DNA of 51,071 nucleotides from a virus (Duplodnaviria; Caudoviricetes). A program made the position numbers and the translations under genes. The first letter of the stretch is position 1. Each line of letters opens with the position of its first letter. The notes under the pieces were generated by a model. The model was not told the DNA's origin, ran no database searches, and saw only the letters and a program-made list of their open reading frames with translations. This document shows positions 46,307 to 51,071 of this stretch, piece after piece. The stretch spans positions 1 to 51,071 of IMG/VR virus record IMGVR_UViG_3300007734_000720. The stretch is one strand, 5' to 3'.

Positions 46307-47632
46307 TTAAAACGCTTTAGCCAAAGCAGGAAATTTCTTTTTAGCTGCAGCCATTGTTGTGAACTTATAATTAGGATTTAAATCTGCCAAAGCAGTCTTA
46401 AAATTAGGATAATTGTCAGGTGCTGCAGCAATCTGCTGTGCACGAGCAGAAGCACTACCCTCAACAGGCTTTTGACCATTATCCCCAGAACCAGCAGCAG
46501 CAGGACCAGTATCAACACGTCCTGTATCTGGATTGACATCCGCAGCGGTAGCACTAGTACTACCACCAGCAGCAATAATAGCTTCCTCAAGTGCATTCTT
46601 TCGAGTACCAACATCCTGCTCAACACCATAACGAGCAGTATTAATCTGGTCCATCAACTGATTCATAGCACTTCTACGTGCAGCATCAGCATTCGCCTGA
46701 TAACCAGCACGTTGTGAACCCAAACCAGTGGTTGCGTAATTCTGTGCCATCTGTGACAAACCAAGATTCGACTGATTGTTTGACAACTGATTAGCAGACA
46801 TCAACTGTTGCAACTGATTAAACGAATCAGCACCTTGCTGATTCGCCATCTGTGAAGCCTGAACCTGCTGATTAACGGGGTCATTGGAAACACCATAAGC
46901 ACTCAAATAATTAGCCATAGCGTTATTCACAGGACTTGACTGCTGTTGAATATTCGCATAAGGGTTAATTTGATTAGCGCCAAGATAACTATTCAAATCA
47001 CCATAACCACTATTAACCATTCCCTGAGCAGTGTCATATCCAGCATTAATGTCACTAATACCAGTATTATAATTATCCCAAATCGCAGCCTGACCCTGTG
47101 TGTTGTTGTTGTCAATCAAACCCAACAAAGTGTCAGCGTTACCACGATATCCACCAGAAGCCAAACGACCCTGCAAACCCTGCAAAGCACGAAGTTGAGT
47201 GTCAGTAGTATTCTTCGCAGCAGACTGCTCAGCGTTCCACTTAGCCCAATCCAAAGCAGTATCCTTAGAAGAAGTACCACTAGTGCCACCACCCTGAAGC
47301 GCCTTGACAAAACCAGCAAGACCACCATAAGCAGCATAAGGGTCTACAGCACCAGCCTGTGGTCCAGCCTGATTGTACATATTAGCTTTGTCATAAGCAT
47401 AATTCTGTGCTGTTGTACCAGCTTCATAATTGTATGGAGTTTGACCAGCAGCGGCGGTTGTAACCAAACTACCAACTCGTCCAGCACGGTCAGCAGTCCT
47501 AGGACGATTTTCCGGCCGAGCAGAAGCACCATTTACCCAATCATAAGTACTAACACCCAATGTCGGAGGAACAGATGCAACAACCTTATTGCCCTTTTTG
47601 GCCGCGTTATTCGTAATACTATCTGCACTCAT
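46307..47632 (-). CDS. Putative internal virion protein, copy B (441 aa)
   Basis: Homolog of 6598..7812 with N-terminal extension. Confidence 0.7.
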   Translation of the reverse strand: MSADSITNNAAKKGNKVVASVPPTLGVSTYDWVNGASARPENRPRTADRAGRVGSLVTTAAAGQTPYNYEAGTTAQNYAYDKANMYNQAGPQAGAVDPYAAYGGLAGFVKALQGGGTSGTSSKDTALDWAKWNAEQSAAKNTTDTQLRALQGLQGRLASGGYRGNADTLLGLIDNNNTQGQAAIWDNYNTGISDINAGYDTAQGMVNSGYGDLNSYLGANQINPYANIQQQSSPVNNAMANYLSAYGVSNDPVNQQVQASQMANQQGADSFNQLQQLMSANQLSNNQSNLGLSQMAQNYATTGLGSQRAGYQANADAARRSAMNQLMDQINTARYGVEQDVGTRKNALEEAIIAAGGSTSATAADVNPDTGRVDTGPAAAGSGDNGQKPVEGSASARAQQIAAAPDNYPNFKTALADLNPNYKFTTMAAAKKKFPALAKAF

Positions 47633-48066
47633 GCATATGCTCCTGCTCTGTATTGCATTATCTGTCCTGCATCCTCAGCAATCTGCTGAGCCTTCTGCTG
47701 CTGTATAACAGTCTTGTCAGCAGCAAGCTGAGCCTGACGCTCACCCAAATCACTCTGATAAAAAGCATTGCTAGTGTCAAGCGCACCTTGCGCTTGACCG
47801 GTTTTGTCAACACGGTCTTTAGCAAAATCCTGCATTGCAGAAGCAAAAGCACCACTCTTCACATTCGCAGTATTACGTCCACTACGACCATAACCAGCCA
47901 CCAACTGTGGAGCTTGTTTATCATACTGCGCACCAACATCAACCATTGCACGACGTGCATTCTGATTCAATATCTGATTGTCGTATAAAGCACGACTACT
48001 CTGAGTATTAAACCCACTAATCAAAGCCTGCAACTTAGCTGCGTATTCTGCTGGATTAAATGCCAT
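47629..48066 (-). CDS. Putative small internal virion protein, copy B (145 aa)
   Basis: Homolog of 7812..8249. Confidence 0.7.
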   Translation of the reverse strand: MAFNPAEYAAKLQALISGFNTQSSRALYDNQILNQNARRAMVDVGAQYDKQAPQLVAGYGRSGRNTANVKSGAFASAMQDFAKDRVDKTGQAQGALDTSNAFYQSDLGERQAQLAADKTVIQQQKAQQIAEDAGQIMQYRAGAYA

Positions 48067-48239
48067 TAGAAATTACCTTTGTACAAATTGTTTGTTTTGG
48101 GAATAGGACGACTCTTCAATTGCTCAATATCTTTACGCATAGAATCAATTGCCTGAATCAATGCAGAAACAATCACACGAATAGCAACAGCATCCGAAGA
48201 ATTGAGTGTCGTTACAGCAGGAATTGATAGTGGTTCCAT
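48066..48239 (-). CDS. Small coiled-coil protein, copy B (57 aa), missing from ORF track
   Basis: MEPLSIPAVTTLNSSDAVAIRVIVSALIQAIDSMRKDIEQLK... Confidence 0.8.
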   Translation of the reverse strand: MEPLSIPAVTTLNSSDAVAIRVIVSALIQAIDSMRKDIEQLKSRPIPKTNNLYKGNF

Positions 48240-48478
48240 CATGAGAATATCGATGTCCCCAAAACAATCTGGTCACTGTCACCAGTCACAGGACTAGCCA
48301 ACTTAATAGAAGTAATTGCACCATCGGCAATAGCAGCAGTCTGAATTGCTCCAGCAGTAAAATTTGTGCCTGCTTGTAATGCATCAACAAAGTTTTTAAC
48401 AGCAGTAAAGTTGCCGTTAGCCTCAGAGGCTTCAGCAATGGTTGCATCAACAAATGTATTTGGAATAGTTAGAGCCAT
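48239..48478 (-). CDS. Short tail-fibre anchor-like protein, copy B (79 aa)
   Basis: Homolog of 8422..8703, 14 aa shorter; ends DQIVLGTSIFS. Confidence 0.6.
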   Translation of the reverse strand: MALTIPNTFVDATIAEASEANGNFTAVKNFVDALQAGTNFTAGAIQTAAIADGAITSIKLASPVTGDSDQIVLGTSIFS

Positions 48479-50085
48479 TATCCAGTAACCTTTCGATTGT
48501 TATATTTATAGGCAATACTGTCAATGCCCCATTCGCCACCAGTCGGACCGGTAAACAACAATTGCACACATCGTGCCAATCCAAGATTAGCTCCACGACG
48601 AACCTCAGCACCTTGAGCAATTACACCCCAAGTACCACTTCCCCAAAGCATTGTTCCCCACTGTCCACCGCTAGCAGAAGCAGGAAGAACAATATCAATA
48701 CTCTTACGTTCGTTGCCAGTCGCTTCTTCAAAATTATGAAACACTTTAATGTTTAATGTGCGCTGCGTGTCCACCTGCTTAAGAACAAAATCTGGTCTAC
48801 GCCACATCTTCTTCATTGAGTAATTGTTTCCATCAACCCAACCCGTGCGATAATACGTTGCAAAATTTGCTTCTGTTTGGCTAATAAAATCTGTCTCAGA
48901 AGAAAACACTTCTACCTCCAACACTCTTGGGAGTGTTGGATGTGCAAGCACGGGTACGCTTACGCCAGCAGTTGTTTTGAAATCTGCTCCACCCACAAGA
49001 CCATAATCATCTGCAGATGACAACCTATTCCAAGAACCATTCCGACCAATACTCGGGTCGTAAACCAAATTGGTAGTTACCTCTGTGGCAGCGACACCAG
49101 TCGAATAAGGGACAGCAAGCCACACCCTGCGATTAACGTAAGACACACTTATCTTGCTACTATAGTTATTGTTAATGTATCCAAGTGGATACATAGCCTT
49201 AAGGTTCTGAAACAAGTCAACAACCGTGTTTCCGTTATAGTAAAATAATCCTTTGAACCCAACATAAAAATACACACCCTGTTCAGAAGATGCAATATGG
49301 GTTGGAAAGTCTACACCAAGGTTGGTTGATAATTCAACAACCTGATGGTCAGTTGAGTCATAGCCAAACAAAACATAGATTGCCTGTGGCTTAAATACAA
49401 CCAAATGTCCAGCAACAACAGCAAGACCAGTAATACCGTCACCACCACCATTAAAATCAAGATAGTCAGCAAAAAGCCAATCCTCTGGCAAACCTTCATG
49501 AGACCAACGCAAACGGTTTGGATAAGATGTTCCATCTTCTTTTGTGTTTGCAACAAACATTTTGTTTGTATGCTGAATAACATGTTCTGCTTTAGGAAAA
49601 TATCCACCTACAGGACTTACATAAGCCTGCCAGGTTGGTGCACTTACAGTCAATGCAGTAGCATAAGTGTCAGTAACCTTCCACTTATATGTTGCAACAC
49701 CAGTCTTGCCAGTTGTCATATACATCGTGTCACCCCATTGAGCCAACGATGAACCACTTGTGCTTGCAGACACAATAGGTGTACCAGAACCAAAATCTAA
49801 ACGGGTAAAGTTTGTACCCGTACCTTGATACACGGATGTTTCCGTAGTTAACATCAAATACTGTGACGAGCCCTTAAACCATGTAAGACGCTTTGGAGCC
49901 CAGGTACCCGACACAGCCGTTGAGTTAATCTCCCTAAACGCTCCACGACTAAACAAACCGCCACGAGGGTCAATCTCAACATTCAACATGTCGGGAGATT
50001 CATTCTTAGACAACTGAAACTGGTCTGCCCTAAGGTTCAGACCACCAGTAAAATCGTCGTATCGTTCAATAACTAATTGTGGCAT
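48478..50085 (-). CDS. Tail nozzle / tubular protein B-like, copy B
   Basis: Homolog of 8703..10310; start MPQL at 50085 (TAATG). Confidence 0.75.
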   Translation of the reverse strand: MPQLVIERYDDFTGGLNLRADQFQLSKNESPDMLNVEIDPRGGLFSRGAFREINSTAVSGTWAPKRLTWFKGSSQYLMLTTETSVYQGTGTNFTRLDFGSGTPIVSASTSGSSLAQWGDTMYMTTGKTGVATYKWKVTDTYATALTVSAPTWQAYVSPVGGYFPKAEHVIQHTNKMFVANTKEDGTSYPNRLRWSHEGLPEDWLFADYLDFNGGGDGITGLAVVAGHLVVFKPQAIYVLFGYDSTDHQVVELSTNLGVDFPTHIASSEQGVYFYVGFKGLFYYNGNTVVDLFQNLKAMYPLGYINNNYSSKISVSYVNRRVWLAVPYSTGVAATEVTTNLVYDPSIGRNGSWNRLSSADDYGLVGGADFKTTAGVSVPVLAHPTLPRVLEVEVFSSETDFISQTEANFATYYRTGWVDGNNYSMKKMWRRPDFVLKQVDTQRTLNIKVFHNFEEATGNERKSIDIVLPASASGGQWGTMLWGSGTWGVIAQGAEVRRGANLGLARCVQLLFTGPTGGEWGIDSIAYKYNNRKVTG

Positions 50086-50774
50086 TACAGCGTCCTGCCA
50101 AGAGTCTGTAACCAACGCTTCATCGTTGGGTACTGTCGTCCACCGGACATCACAACAGGCTGTGCACTCGATGCCTTCATCAAGTCACGGCGAGCAAATG
50201 CAACACCCTCTTCAAAAGACTTCATATACATGTTCGCAAGCTCAGAGTCCTCTTGACGCTGATACACACGAGCAAGAACAAAATACGGCAAAATAGCATG
50301 GAACCATTCATCAAGGTCGATGTTCTCGGTAATGTCGCTCAACCAGGTATAAACGGGATTACGAAAAGCACGAACGGTCATTGGATACACAATGTCCGGT
50401 TTAGCCCACAACCATATCTGTTTGTCCCAAAAACTATAAAAGTATGGTCGGCTGGCAACATCCAAGTTGCCCAACCAAATGCTCTCAGCATCGTTGTAAT
50501 CAATTAAGGTAAGTCTTGCACCCTGAGTTGATGTGTCCACAACAGAGATGATTTCTCGAATATCCCCGATTGTAGATATTGTGTACTGACGCTGATTAGC
50601 AACCGTGTTAAATGTGTATGTTTCTTGCAGAATCGGCCAACGGCGTTCCAACGCATAAATGCGTTGAAAGCCTTCACGGGCAAACTGGTCAATAACAGCG
50701 TTAGACAAATCGTTTTCATCAAGGTCAGCCATATCTCTGACCTGTGAACGCAATGTTGTAAGCGTTATTGCCAT
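50085..50774 (-). CDS. Head-tail adaptor-like protein, copy B
   Basis: Homolog of 10313..11011. Confidence 0.7.
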   Translation of the reverse strand: MAITLTTLRSQVRDMADLDENDLSNAVIDQFAREGFQRIYALERRWPILQETYTFNTVANQRQYTISTIGDIREIISVVDTSTQGARLTLIDYNDAESIWLGNLDVASRPYFYSFWDKQIWLWAKPDIVYPMTVRAFRNPVYTWLSDITENIDLDEWFHAILPYFVLARVYQRQEDSELANMYMKSFEEGVAFARRDLMKASSAQPVVMSGGRQYPTMKRWLQTLGRTL

Positions 50775-50989
50775 TAAGCCTGACCCCTATTTCTTAGATG
50801 TCCGATACAGAAATCTGTCCCACGGGCTTTAGGACCCTCACATGTATCATCGTTGGCTGTGCAACGGTTACGCCCGATGTACGGACCTGATGGAGCAGCA
50901 AGGCGTGCGCCTTCTGCATGGGCAAGACGGGAGTGCTTAGTAGTTGGCTCCCCGTATAAAGTATGAGCAAGTTTCGCCGATTGGTTCAT
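50774..50989 (-). CDS. Small Cys/His protein, copy B
   Basis: Homolog of 11011..11226. Confidence 0.75.
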   Translation of the reverse strand: MNQSAKLAHTLYGEPTTKHSRLAHAEGARLAAPSGPYIGRNRCTANDDTCEGPKARGTDFCIGHLRNRGQA

Positions 50990-51010
50990 ACCAATAGGCG
51001 GAATTGTTAC
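50990..51010 (-). promoter_or_regulatory. Putative late promoter box
   Basis: GTAAC-AATTCCGCC-TATTGGT-ATG; boxes conserved and spacer diverged relative to copy A. Confidence 0.65.
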
Positions 51011-51014
51011 CTAC

Positions 51015-51071
51015 TTAATACTTTGAACCCCTCAAAGGTGTTTTCTTTTTTGGTGCAAACTTACCTGCTTG
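51015..51071 (-). CDS. C-terminal end of basic protein, copy B (partial)
   Basis: QAGKFAPKKKTPLRGSKY* versus QAGKYAPKKKAPAKGSKY* in copy A. Confidence 0.8.
   Translation of the reverse strand, partial: QAGKFAPKKKTPLRGSKY

Larger units (their letters stand above)
1..51071. mobile_element. Podovirus-like dsDNA phage sequence, about 1.3 genome lengths, probable actinobacterial host
   Basis: TerS/TerL, portal, scaffold, capsid, tail adaptor/nozzle, ejection proteins, helicase, primase, RusA and WhiB in two opposed gene blocks; no host housekeeping genes or integrase. Confidence 0.95.
39482..51071. repeat. Copy B of diverged direct repeat
   Basis: Collinear with 1-11308; net 282 nt longer. Confidence 0.97.

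Noticed and set aside
39482-51071. Ordinary terminal redundancy or circular assembly overlap
   Set aside because: Such overlaps would be essentially identical; these copies carry many substitutions and in-frame indels
1-51071. Integrated prophage
   Set aside because: No integrase, repressor, att-like site or flanking host genes within the window

Overview
The whole window is tailed dsDNA phage sequence with podovirus-like architecture: terminase, portal, scaffold, capsid, short-tail adaptor/nozzle and very large ejection proteins, with no tape measure. A WhiB gene and moderate GC suggest a low-GC actinobacterial host (inference). One genome length is about 39.5 kb. Positions 1-11308 recur at 39482-51071 as a diverged copy with intact frames and differences concentrated at third codon positions, so the window holds about 1.3 genomes from two related variants joined head-to-tail. 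Late/structural genes lie on the minus strand (1-23978 and 37802-51071). Early, host-takeover and replication genes lie on the plus strand (about 25.2-37.9 kb). No integrase, DNA polymerase, RNA polymerase, tRNA or CRISPR array was recognised. The strongest non-obvious signals are: (1) a compact box, G[TG]AAC-N9-TWWWRRT, placed 21-22 nt before the start codons of several late genes, possibly read by a stand-alone sigma-region-4 protein; (2) a family of long hairpins ahead of early genes, several carrying N4-promoter-like GCGAAGC/GCGGAGC or C(GNA)G loops on the template strand; (3) the diverged tandem copy with a swapped cassette inside an ejection protein. Accessory genes include Dps, a 2OG-Fe(II) oxygenase, a PA14 surface protein and an amidoligase/amidotransferase pair. 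All product calls come from motif recognition by eye; no database searches were run.
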